A stretch of DNA of 64,000 bases, taken from the NCBI RefSeq assembly GCF_006345805.1, contig NC_043002.1, positions 89,466,001 through 89,530,000 of the forward strand. Direction: 5' to 3'. The DNA comes from Octopus sinensis. Taxonomy: Eukaryota. A program made the position numbers and the translations under genes. The notes under the pieces were generated by a model. It was not told the origin of the DNA and did not search any database. It was given only the letters and a program-made list of their open reading frames with translations. Of the stretch, positions 39,099 to 50,643 are shown piece after piece; within the stretch, counting starts at the first letter, position 1; the number at the start of each line of letters is the position of its first letter.

Positions 39099-39533
39099 CC
39101 CTTTAGCATTCAAACATAATGCTTATTTATTCACAATGTTTTAACCCTTTCGTTACTGTATTTAGTTTGAGATGCTTTGTGTTTCTTTCAATTACTTTAA
39201 ATATAACACAGAATTTAGTAAAATAACTTAGTTAGCATTCATCTAGTGTTAGGAACATAGATTGTGACTAAGGTTTGGCGGAAGATTTTTATTCAAAATT
39301 TATGAAAACAAGATATTTGTACTCAGAGTCAGAGCTGGTTTCAGCCGGGTTGGTAACAAAAGGGTTAAATTAATTGTGTATTATCTTGTAGCTTTCAGAT
39401 TTCAATAAAGTGATTGATTTTTTAGCTTTAGAATGACATTGTAGGTCAGGTGTGAGAGATTAGATCTGCACTGTTTGAACATGAAGCATGTAGAATATTT
39501 GGGCTTCATATGGCTAGTTTAAATCCTAAAGTG
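39099..39533. mobile_element. piggyBac-like MITE (outer, degenerate TIRs)
   Basis: TTAA|CCCTTTAGCATTCAAAC ... GTTTAAATCCTAAAGTG|TTAA; the same right end appears at ~20520-20615. Confidence 0.7.
39145..39364. mobile_element. piggyBac-like MITE (inner, nested at TTAA)
   Basis: TTAA (39141-39144)|CCCTTTCGTTAC ... GTAACAAAAGGG|TTAA (39365-39368). Confidence 0.8.
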
Positions 39534-39904
39534 TTAACCAATTTTTCACCAGCCTGTAAACCACCAAAATGTCTTGTTATCAATTCGTGAAGTGGCCCTT
39601 GTTCCTCCATAATGCTTAGAAGATGGCTTGGTGGGTGGTGAGGGCTATTTGCTCAGAAGAACAATAATTCTATTCCAGACTGATTGGTGCTTTTTTCTTT
39701 TAGATCCAGACAACTCAAGGTGCATAAAGTTACATGTATTGTTACAGAAGACATCACAATGTCAGCAATGGAATAAAATCTATGAATCCATATGAGTAGT
39801 TTTCCTTGAGAGTGGAGAACTCTATGTAAAGAGACTAGAAAGCTATTAGAAAAATTTAATTTCTATAAAGCAATTTTAAATCTCAGTACATATTTTAATT
39901 ATAC

Positions 39905-40285
39905 AGGTGCAGGCATGGCTGTGTGGTAAGAAGTTTGCTTCTTAATCACATGATTCCAGGTTCAATCCCACTGTATGGCACCTTGGGCAAGTGTCTTCTA
40001 TAGCCCCAGGCCAACCAAAGCCTTGTGAGTGAATTTGGTAGACATGTGTATATAAGTGTGTGTGTGTGTCCTTGTGTTTGACCCCCACCCCACCACCATT
40101 TGACAACCAGTGTTGGTTTATTTACATTCCTGTAACTTAGAAAGTTCGACCTAAGCAACCGACAGAATAAGTACCAGGCTTTAAAAAATAAATTCTGGGG
40201 TCGATTCATTTGACAAAAAATTCTTCAAGGTGGTGCCCCAGCATGGGCCGCAGTCTAATCACTGAGACAAGTAAAAGATAAAAGA
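39905..40285 (+). mobile_element. tRNA-derived octopus SINE
   Basis: ggtgcaggcatggctgtgtggtaag...gcaccttgggcaagtgtcttcta...ccccagcatgg...aagtaaaagata. Confidence 0.85.
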
Positions 40286-41625
40286 TACAACAAATGACAT
40301 ACTAAACTAAAGTAAAATGAATGATGTGAATAAGGGAGGAAATAGAGAAAAGAAAATTAAAAACAGTCTTAGTAGCCAATCCTCTAAAGCATAATAATAA
40401 TGTATAAATATAGTTTACTTTTCTAATATAAAACTTAAACTTGGCAACCTAAAGTTTTATGAGATGTTATACTAGTTTATTAACTAGACATTTCTATGTA
40501 GTTAAGCAGGTGCTAACATGTCTAGATATTTGTGTGGCTGTTTTCTGCAAATATTGATTTGTCTTCCTCTTCTAAGCATGGACTAAATAACCCTAAAGAT
40601 AGCATAAATAGTTTATTAGTTAGTACTGTCTATAGACTACATTGAAAAAAGATAAGATTATGATTGAATAAACTCTGGTTCAACAATGAATGAAAATTAA
40701 TAAATAAATCAAACGGTCATTATATTACAGATCTAAAGTAGAAAAATAAACAATTTTTATGAAGATTTGTAATAACAAAATAAATGCTCTTAAAATGTTT
40801 TATTTTCGGTATAATTAAATTTCAATAGAAATCAGTTAATCACAGATATTTGAAAATTGTACATGCTTATTTGTCAGTAATTAAACTAGATTACCTAGAG
40901 TGAAAGAGAAAAACTTCCAATTAAGAATTTATAAAGATTTTGTCAACCATAATCTATTCTTGATTATCATTAATTTTGCAAATATAAGTAAATGTGTGAA
41001 TAAACATGTATAGTTTCCCTATTTAACTTTATATCAATTTCTTCATGTCCTTATATCGTTAACACTTCCTCTCGCCTGTAGGTGAATGACATCATCATCA
41101 CTATGCAGTGCCCCAGCATGGCCACAACTCATGAGCTGAAACTAGATAAAATGAAAAAAAAAGTGAAATATATATATATAATTATATGTAGAAAAATACA
41201 AACTGGGACAAGAATGTAAAACATTTAGAAGACGATACAAAAATCACGGACAGGACATTCGAAGCCTTCAATCTTCAGTCAAGAACCGGATCATCCTCGC
41301 AATTTCGGCTGATTAATCTTGAGATCGCTCCGATCCGGCCAGCCCCAAGGAAAAACTAAGCTACGAGCATTAGATTTTTTGGAAAAAGGATCGAATGTAT
41401 ACGAAACAAGGACAGAAAAACAGACGATGCCACACGAATATAAATACAAAAAACAATAATAGTAATAACAGGACAAAAACAGCGGGTGTGTATATATAAG
41501 TTCATCAAAAATTTAGATTCAAAGGAATATGGTACTTAATTTAGATGCACCAGAATTCTGTAAGGTGTTATCCATAAAAATCCGTGGGGTGATTATAATC
41601 AAAATAAGCAACAAGAATGATTCCG

Positions 41626-41720
41626 GTAATTTGATACGATCATTTCGTACTACATCATTTTATTAAATGTTGTAAGTATTACAACAGTTTTAAAATGCTG
41701 AGCACTCATCAGCCAATTAT
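41626..41720 (-). ncRNA. Type I hammerhead ribozyme
   Basis: ataattgg-CTGATGA-GTGCT...AGTAC-GAAA-TGATCG-TA-tcaaattac; extended stem II with tgttgtaa/ttacaaca. Confidence 0.8.
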
Positions 41721-42044
41721 AGAGGTTTTCCATTAATACAAAAATAGTAGTAATTGGTATTTAGTAGTGACAATGCTGTCTTCTACATAAATTCCTTATA
41801 TGGAGCTCTGAAATCCCCTTTACCCCATTTCTATAATTAGAAAATCTTTATTGTCTCCTTCCACTTATTCTTCCCTCTCAGAACCTTACAGGAGTCTGGA
41901 ACAACCAAATCTTAGTCAGTCAGTTGATGGGCTCCACTACCTCAAATGTTCTTAAAATTTAAATCCACATCTTTGTCTATATATATACCTTCTCTATAAT
42001 GTTGCCACTTAATATGAAAATTTTTGTATTAATGGAAAACCTCT

Positions 42045-42139
42045 ATAATTGGCTGATGAGTGCTCAGCATTTTAAAACTGTTGTAATACTTACAACATTT
42101 AATAAAATGATGTAGTATGAAATGATCGTTCCAAATTAT
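42045..42139 (+). ncRNA. Type I hammerhead ribozyme (CpG-decayed copy)
   Basis: ataattgg-CTGATGA-GTGCT...AGTAT-GAAA-TGATCG-TT-ccaaattat. Confidence 0.72.
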
Positions 42140-42329
42140 CGGAATCATTCTTGTTGCTTATTTTGATTATAATCACCCCACGGATTTTTATGGATAACAC
42201 CATACAGAATTCTGGTGCATCTAAATTAAGTACCATATTCATTTGAATCTAAATTTTTGCTGAACTTATATATATATATTTCATTTTTTTTTTCATTTTA
42301 TCTAGTTTCAGCTCACAAGTTGTGGCCAT

Positions 42330-43240
42330 GCTGGGGCACCGCCATTCGGTGTTACTACATGATTTTACTTCACGAATGCTTTTTAGCAATTGACATTTGG
42401 TGCATGAGAGAGTTTGATGCAGCTGCCCTCATCTGCACCTCCTGCCGTAAAGTTGATTCATCTGGGACACCTGACAGGAAGAGATCCAGTTTTATTTTAA
42501 AGACCATCTACATCCACCCCATGCAGGTCTCTCAGGTCCTTCGGGAGGATATTGAAGAGCTGTGGACCTCAGAAGCCCAGGCTATCACAGTATCTTGTCC
42601 TACATCTTGATGGCCAATTTGGAGTCCTAGTATTTGTGTAACTCTCGATACCAAAGTTTGGGACAAGTCCTTATGGCATATCTTTATATCTTTCTTGCCT
42701 ATGCTCTAAGTAGTAGAGTCTTAATCTCTTGAGTCATTCCCAATAGCTTATATGCTGCACAGAGGCTATCTTCTTCGTGTAGCTTCATTGGATCACCTCA
42801 AGTTCTGTGATTAATTTGACACTGGTTGGTGACCATAACTGAGAGCAATAGTCAAAGTGGCTTAGGACAAGTGTCCTCCAGAGGACCATCATGGTTTCCT
42901 GGTCTCTTGTTCTAAAAGCTCTAAGAATTCATCTGGTCAGCCGCCTACATTTCATTACCAATTTAGCAACATACACATGAAAGGTTGCATCGTTACTTAT
43001 GTAAATACCCAGGTCTCGCACTGATTGTGCCTCTGGGATTGCAATCCCTCCAGGTCCAGTGTATTCATTGGGTATTGCATTTAGTTTTGCATGCTGATAG
43101 CATAAAGCTTGAAACTTTTCAGCATTGAACTGCATACTATTCGTTTCAGCCCACTTGTATATTTTGTCCAGCTCACATTGCAGGTGCATAGTGTCTTCAG
43201 GGTTCTGTATTACCTGTGAAATGTTTGTATCATCTGCATA
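42330..43240 (-). mobile_element. CR1/L2-group LINE, RT C-terminal fragment
   Basis: LQCELDKIYKWAETNSMQFNAEKFQ...VRDLGIYISND..F, then LVLSHFDHCSQLWSP, ELE.IQ..YTKKI, FNILPK.LR remnants. Confidence 0.85.
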
Positions 43241-43318
43241 ACTTGTGATCGTGACATATATATATACATATATATATACAATATATATATATATATATAT
43301 ATATACTATATATATATA

Positions 43319-43379
<61 letters not shown>

Positions 43380-43645
43380 GGCACACGTTTGCATGTGTGT
43401 GGTGTGTGTGTATTTCTTAACAAACCAACCGTAAAGAAGACAATTGAAATTTAAATGTACAGGCCAATCATATTTAGCGATCGATTCTTAACTATTTCTG
43501 AACGTTATACTGTATATGTGTCACAGTCGAAATTATGGCCTGCACTCGCATGTACATTTATACACCTGTGGAACTTAATATCATGTAAACCAATGTTTTT
43601 ATTTTTCATTTTATATATATATGTATACATATTTATATGTATATA

Positions 43646-44498
43646 TACAAGATAAGAAAATGGAGAAACACATCTTAATCAATGATCAACTACCAGATAA
43701 TACCCAATCACATAATTTATTAAATCACTACATATGAACATTAAGGTCAAACATAATAATATAGAACAAAACAATGTACATGAAAGAGTAATATGATACA
43801 ATAAGTACAGTATGTATAAGTGAATATAAATAATGATAATAGTAATGTTGTTAATATTAATGACATTTTGTAACTTAATATAATGTACTCTTGACTTTGT
43901 ATATCTGCATTTGAATATGAATATGTGTATATTTTCTACATTGTAATATCATAATATTATGTTGACCAACTGTAACTTTGAATATAGAACATATGGATGT
44001 ATATTGATTTATATTATTATGTATATGTATATATATATGTATAGGAGTATGGGTATATGCACTCATATGTATGTGTATATTATATATTATGGGCATGTAC
44101 CCACTCTTGTATGGGTGTACCTTCTCTGATATTCATATTTAATTTAGTTTGTATTTCATAATCTCTGAAGAGGCCTTGGGATATTTTTGTAAGTGTCTCA
44201 TTTATAACTACATATTGACCTATCACACATGGCTAATATGAGCATAATGAGACACCCATATCTGCATGGCCGAAACAGCTGTAAGATGTAGTTTATATTT
44301 ATATTTGTATTTATTTATATTCACTTATACATACTGTACTTATTGTATCACATTACTCTTTCATGTACATTGTTTTGTTCTATATTATTATGTTTGACCT
44401 TAATGTTCATATGTAGTGGTTTAATAAATTATGTGATTGGGTATTATCTGGTAGTTGATCATTGATTAAGATATGTTTCTCCATTTTCTTATTTTGTA
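43646..44498. mobile_element. Second HHR-bearing element with inverted duplication of its 3' part
   Basis: 43646-43832 is the reverse complement of 44312-44498; HHR lies in the forward copy; flanked by (TA)n. Confidence 0.78.
44161..44287 (+). ncRNA. Type I hammerhead ribozyme with ~100-nt stem II
   Basis: ATCT-CTGAAGA-GGCC...GGCC-GAAA-CAGCTG-TA-AGAT; stem II extension ggatat/atatct, gtgtctcatt/aatgagacac (10 bp), atattgacc/ggctaatat. Confidence 0.85.
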
Positions 44499-44614
44499 TA
44501 TATACATATATATATTATACATATATGTATATGTATACATATATATACATATATATATATATACATATATATAATATATAATATATATCTATATATATAA
44601 TAATATATATATCT

Positions 44615-44647
<33 letters not shown>

Positions 44648-44735
44648 ATATATATATACATATATATATACATATATATATAGACATATATATATATATA
44701 CACACACATATATACATATGTACACACACATATAT

Positions 44736-44776
<41 letters not shown>

Positions 44777-45090
44777 TATACAATATACATATATATATTT
44801 ACACACACATATATATACATATATATATACATATATATATACACACATATATATATATACGCATACATATGTACACACACATATATATACACACACACAC
44901 ACACATATATATGTGTGTATACATATATGAATATATATATATATACACACACACATATATACACACATATATACACATATATATACACACAAATATATAC
45001 ATATATATACACACATATATATATACATATATATATGCACACATATATATATATACACATATATATACATACACATATATATACATATAT
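44499..45090. repeat. Compound (TA)/(CA)/(TACA) microsatellite
   Basis: Direct reading. Confidence 0.95.
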
Positions 45091-45092
45091 AA

Positions 45093-45573
45093 TAAAATCG
45101 GAATTGAAATTGAACCAATCCTGTGACTGGCATCTAGAGGTTGACAGGACCACTGGACTGACTCCTGTGCAGGTGGCAAGTGAAGAAACACCATTTCGAC
45201 CCTGTGCTTGAGGAGATCCATTGAGTCAAGTACACCAATATCAAAATCAATGGAAACTGTAGTTGTGATCCCTGTGCCAGTGGCACGTAAAAAGCACCAT
45301 CTGAACGTGGCCTAGACTGGCTTCCGTGCCGGTGGCACATAAAATGCATCAATCCGATTGTGGCCGTTGCCAGCCTCGCCTGGGCCCTGTGCAGGTGGCA
45401 CATAAAAAGCACCCACTACACTCACGGAGTGGTTGGCGTTAGGAACAGCATCCAGCTGTAGAAAGACTGCCAGATCAGACTGGAGCCTGGTGGAGCCTTC
45501 TGGCTTCCCAGATCCCTGTTGAACCATCCAACCCATGGTAGCATGGAGAATGGACGTTAAACGATGATGATGA
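45093..45573 (+). mobile_element. RTE 3'-tail element
   Basis: gtgccagtggcacgtaaaaagcacc...gagtggttggcgttagg...ggacgttaaacgatgatgatga. Confidence 0.8.
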
Positions 45574-45658
45574 TATACACACATATATATATATACCCAC
45601 ATATATATATATATACACACACATATATATATATATACACACACATATATATACCCAC

Positions 45659-45689
<31 letters not shown>

Positions 45690-45720
45690 TATATATATAT
45701 CTATATATATATATATATAG

Positions 45721-45751
<31 letters not shown>

Positions 45752-45764
45752 CATATATATATAG

Positions 45765-45795
<31 letters not shown>

Positions 45796-46153
45796 CTATC
45801 TACACACACATATATACATACATATATATACATATATATATATATTTCATTTAATTTGCTTTTCGCGCGGGAAGGAAAGTTCTATCGAAGATGCGTATCG
45901 CCTTCACCTTCGAAACGCAAAGTAAATGAAACCATGGCGACTGAAGAAGGGGAATTTTCCTTGTGTTATTTGTCCTGTACTCTATTTTTTCGTTATTTAA
46001 GAAAAATGTCCAGTTCCTTGGTTTTGTGTTTATGTTTTCGTTTCTCATTGTGTTCGACATTTTTTTGGTGTCCTGTACCCATATATGCATGTATATATAC
46101 ATGTAGAGATAGGTACGTACATATATGTATATATGCATGTTTTAATTATTATT

Positions 46154-46218
<65 letters not shown>

Positions 46219-46232
46219 ACAATATATATACA

Positions 46233-47200
46233 TTGCTCCGATGGATGTGTAATGTCAGTGTTCATAATTGACAGAGTGTAAGTACCTTGAGAGAAAAGTT
46301 GAACCTAAGAAGCATCATTGTGGTGTGCAAGAGAGACGGCTGCGCTGGTATGGTCATGTGACGAGAATGGCTGAAGATAGTTGTGTGCAAAAGTGCTACA
46401 CCCTAGCAGTTGAGGAAACCTGTGGAAGAGGTAGACCCAGGAAAACCTGGGACGAGGTGGTGAAGCACGACCTTCGAACTTTAGGTCTCACCAAGGAAAT
46501 GACTAGAGACCGGGACCTATGGAAGTATGCTGTGCATGAGAAGACCTGGCAAGACTAGTGAGGCCATAACCCATGGCCCCTACCTGGGACGTAGTCAGTC
46601 CACCTGTGCATACCTTCCTTCTTGTGACACTTGTGAAGACCTGTTGAGGCAAGTGAAAATCAAACCAAATCAAAATAGATGAACATCAATGGAATTTGTA
46701 TCTTTGTGGTACCAGTGCCGGTGGCACATAAGAAAACCATCCGAACGTGGCCGTAGCCAGTACCGCATCGACTGGCCTCCGTGCTGTAGACACATAACAA
46801 ACACCATCCGATCGTGGCCGTTCGCCAGCCTCGTCTGGCACCTGTGTCGGTGGCACATAAAAAACACCATCCGAACGTGGCCGTAGCCAGTACCGCATCG
46901 ACTGGCCTCCGTGCTGTGGGCACATAACAAACACCATCCGATCGTGGCCGTTCGCCAGCCTCGTCTGGCACCTGTGTCGGTGGCACATAAAAAACACCAT
47001 CCGAGTGTGCCCGTCTGCCAGCCTCGTCTGGCACCTATGTCGGTGGCACATAAAAAACACCATCCGAGCGTGGCCGTTCGCCAGCCTCGTCTGGCACCTG
47101 TGTCGATGGCAAATAAAATCACCCACAACACTCTCCCAGTTGAACCGTCCAACCCATGCTAGCATGGAAAGCGGACGTTAAACGATGATGATGATGATGA
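46233..47200 (+). mobile_element. 5'-truncated RTE LINE (ORF end plus 3'UTR)
   Basis: GVQERRLRWYGHVTRMAEDSCVQKC...RGRPRKTWDEVVKHDL...KTWQD*; 3'UTR with internal ~55-bp subunit repeats; (GAT)n tail. Confidence 0.92.
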
Positions 47201-47333
47201 TATATATACATACATTATTTAATCATGTCAATGGGAAATGGAATTTAATTAAAATTAAAACATTCAATCAAAATTTACATTTCCAGTGGTCTAACATGCA
47301 AAAAAAAATAAAATTGTCTAGAAGACTATATAT

Positions 47334-47642
47334 TAGTCATACGATATAGTGTATATTTAAACACATAAGGAATCCACTTGTAGAGAATTCAACACACTAG
47401 AGAGAACAGCTAGGTTCTGTAAACCACAAAAATAACAGATAAAATTCGACAGGAATAAATTTGGAAATGAAAAACATTTACCATCTTGTACCCTGGACCA
47501 ATTGGTTTCTGATCATTTTTTAGCGAGTCGAATTTTATCTGTTATTTTTGTGGTTTACAGAACCTAGCTGTTCTCTCTAGCGTGTTGAATTCCTACAAGT
47601 GGATTCCTTATGTGTTTAAATATACACTATATCGTATGACTA
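47334..47642. repeat. Inverted repeat, ~117-bp arms, ~76-bp spacer
   Basis: 47334-47450 matches the reverse complement of 47527-47642 with few mismatches; right end runs into (TA)n. Confidence 0.88.
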
Positions 47643-47684
47643 TATATATACATATATACACACATATACATATACATATACAAT

Positions 47685-47758
<74 letters not shown>

Positions 47759-47900
47759 TAATATATACATATTATATTACAGATACATATATATACATAT
47801 ATATAAATATACATATACATATATATACACACACACATATATATATATATATACATATATATACATATATATATATACACATATATATACATATATATAT

Positions 47901-48312
47901 TCTCTTTACTCTTTACTCTTTTACTTGTTTCAGTCATTGACTGCGGCCATGCTGGAGCACCGCCTTTAGTCGAGCAAATCGACCCCGGGACTTATTCTTT
48001 GTAAGCCCAGTACTTATTCTATCGGTCTCTTTTTTGCCGAACCGCTAAGTGACGGGGGTGTAAACACACCAGCATCGGTTGTCAAGCAATGCTAGGGGAC
48101 AAACGCAGACCACAAACACCCACCACACATATATATATACATATATACGACGGGCTTCTTTCAGTTTCCGTCTACCAAATCCACTCACAAGGCATTGGTC
48201 GGCCCGGGGCTATAGCAGAAGACACTTGCCCAAGATGCCACGCAGTGGGACTGAACCCGGAACCATTGGTTGGTTAGCAAGCTACTACTTACCACACAGC
48301 CACTCCTGCGCC
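47901..48312 (-). mobile_element. Full-length tRNA-derived octopus SINE
   Basis: GGCGCAGGAGTGGCTGTGTGGTAAG...GGTTCAGTCCCACTGCGTGGC...tail (AAGAGTA)n. Confidence 0.9.
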
Positions 48313-48392
48313 TATATATATATACATATACATTATATATATATACATATCACATATATATATACATATACATATATATATAATATATACAT

Positions 48393-48452
<60 letters not shown>

Positions 48453-48499
48453 TATTATATATACATATACATATATAAAATTAATAAGGCTTTCCCCCA

Positions 48500-48995
48500 G
48501 TTATAAAATACTATGCCTACTCATAATAATAAGTGATAGGTTTTTCCCCTACTCTCTGTATAGGGGATTAATGACCATTTGACATTGACCTAGTTTCTCT
48601 CACCAAATAGTAGTTATTGGCAACTACTATCTTCAACTTGAATTCCTTTTATGGTATTCTGAAACCTCCTTTACCCCATTCCTACAACTAAAAAAATCTT
48701 TATTACTTCTAACCTTATAGCAGTCAAATACAGTCATAGCTTGGTCAGTCAGTGGTTGGACTTCACTACCTCATATGTTCTTAAAATTTAAATCTACATC
48801 CTTGTCTGTATATCTACCTTCTCTATAATGTTGCTACTTGATTTGAAAGCTTTTATATTAATGGAAAACCTCTATAATTGGCTGATGAGCACTCAGCATC
48901 TTAAATCTGTTGTAATACTTACAACTTTTAATAAAATGATGTAGTGCGAAACAATTGTACCAAATTACCGGAGTCATACTTGTTGCTTATTTTGA
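48500..48995 (+). mobile_element. HHR-bearing element, family of 41750-42267
   Basis: Colinear (aaatagtagt..., gtcagtcag..., ctacctca...gttcttaaaatttaaat, ctctataattggctgatgag); start approximate. Confidence 0.8.
48874..48967 (+). ncRNA. Canonical type I hammerhead ribozyme
   Basis: ataattgg-CTGATGA-GCACT...AGTGC-GAAA-CAATTG-TA-ccaaatta; intact core; predicted cleavage after A48959. Confidence 0.88.
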
Positions 48996-49113
48996 GTATA
49001 TAATATATATATATATATATAGACACACACATATATATAATATATATATTATATATAGTATATATAATATATATATATATATATATATTATATAGAATAT
49101 ATGATATGTATAT

Positions 49114-49146
<33 letters not shown>

Positions 49147-49183
49147 ATATATAATGCGTATATAAATAAGAAATAAGACGGTG

Positions 49184-49710
49184 GATAGTACTAGGCAGAG
49201 AGGCAATGGTCAGCATGAGCAGGGTCTGGAAGAGTAGAGACATCATACTCGCTACCAAATGCAGATTGGTGAATGCAATGTCTTCCCAATAGCAACATAT
49301 TGATGCGAGACCTGGACACTAAGAAAGCTGACCAGAAGAGAATCAATGCATTCGAGCTTTGGTGTTGGAGAAGACTTTTAAGGATTTCATGGACAGCGAG
49401 GCTCACCAATGGAGAAGTTCTTAAGCAGATCAGGCCGAAAATATCGCTAGAAGCTAGGATCACCAAGCATAGATTGGCATATTTTGGTCATATTATGCGG
49501 AAAAAATCCCTGGAGAAGGACATCATGCTCGGAATGGTCAGTGGCAAGAGAGGAAGAGGCCGACCAAGAACCCGCTGACTTGACACCATCAAGAGTGATA
49601 CCGGAATGGACATAGCCAATCTGAAAGAAGCGGCCCAGGATAGAACTGACTGGAGGACACTGATCCATCGAGTAACTGAGAGTCGACTTCGACTGAGCGA
49701 TAGATAGATA
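49184..49710 (+). mobile_element. RTE (BovB-like) LINE 3' fragment
   Basis: KADQKRINAFELWCWRRLLRISWT..TN.EVL...RL.YFGHIMR..SLEKDIMLG.V.GKRGRGRPR; (GATA)n tail. Confidence 0.9.
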
Positions 49711-50057
49711 TATATATTATACATATATATACATATAAATAATATATATGTATATACACACCACACACATATATATATATACATTATATATATATATATA
49801 ACTTATATATATACATATACATATATACATATATTTAATCAATATAGGTGGCAAGGAAAATTTTGTAGAATTTTATTGCCACCAGCGGCCCAGTGGGAAA
49901 AAATTAAATAGTCATAGACCATTTTTAAGTTCAACATTAACAATTAAGGAACGGCCATAATAGGCCATTCACCCACTAGAAATAACACCAAAGCTTCTAC
50001 CGCAAATAAAGATCAATTCCGTAAACAGGAGAAAATTAAAAAAACATTTACCCTGTA

Positions 50058-50153
50058 ATTTCTTGTACGGTATATAACGTTTCATCCGCTGTTTAATGGT
50101 AAACTAACCTGATTAAATTAAATCAAGTCAATCTTCCATAAGCCCTCGGATTC
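50058..50153 (-). ncRNA. Truncated hammerhead in the inverted unit
   Basis: Minus strand begins GA-ATCCG...CGGAT-GAAA-CGTTATATACCG-TA-CAAGAAAT; lacks the 5' strand of stem I and CTGAA. Confidence 0.7.
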
Positions 50154-50536
50154 ACAGGTAAATGTTTTTTTAATTTTCTCCTGTTTACGGAATTGATCTT
50201 TATTTGCGGTAGAAGCTTTGGCTGTATTTCTAGTGGGTGAATGGCCTATTATGGCCGTTCCTTAATGTTAATGTGTGAACTTAAAAATGGTCTATGACTA
50301 TTTAATTTTTTCCCACTGGGCCGCTGGTGGCAATAAAATCTCTACAAAATTTTCCTTGCCACCCTATATTGATTAATTATGAATTTTTTTTGTTAATTCC
50401 GTAATGGAATCGACGGCTGATATTTATTTGCTGCCGATAAATTTGGCGCGAGTGCGACGATTTGAAAATTTTAGGTCAGATATTGACTTGGCAAGATGGG
50501 GTATGCCTCGTGTAAATATCTGTTCCGACTTGAGCT

Positions 50537-50643
50537 ATTTCTTGCTGAAGAATCCGAGGGCTTATGGAAGATTGACTTGATTTAATTTAATCAGGTTAGT
50601 TTACCATTAAACAGCGGATGAAACGGTATACCGTACAAGAAAT
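50537..50643 (+). ncRNA. Type I hammerhead ribozyme, array unit 1
   Basis: ATTTCTTG-CTGAAGA-ATCCG...CGGAT-GAAA-CGGTATACCG-TA-CAAGAAAT. Stem I 8 bp, stem II 5 bp plus extension, palindromic stem III; predicted cleavage after A50635. Confidence 0.92.

Larger units (their letters stand above)
41498..42267. mobile_element. HHR-bearing non-coding element with inverted duplication of its 3' part (PLE pLTR or retrozyme-like)
   Basis: 41498-~41746 is the reverse complement of ~42019-42267; both outer ends run into (TA)n; homologue at 48500-48995. Confidence 0.8.

Noticed and set aside
41240-41320. GAAA...CTGANGA order in the unclassified repeat (also ~37615-37660 and ~45910-45950), suggestive of a type II hammerhead
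   Set aside because: I could not build stems I and III with an NUH site in the required geometry.
47901-48312. tRNA-like A and B boxes as tRNA genes (also in other SINE heads)
   Set aside because: No acceptor stem or cloverleaf; they continue into SINE bodies.
50440-50470. TTTGGCGCG and TTTGAA (E2F/CHR-like) inside the array unit
   Set aside because: Short motifs within a repeat with no promoter context; chance is the simplest explanation.
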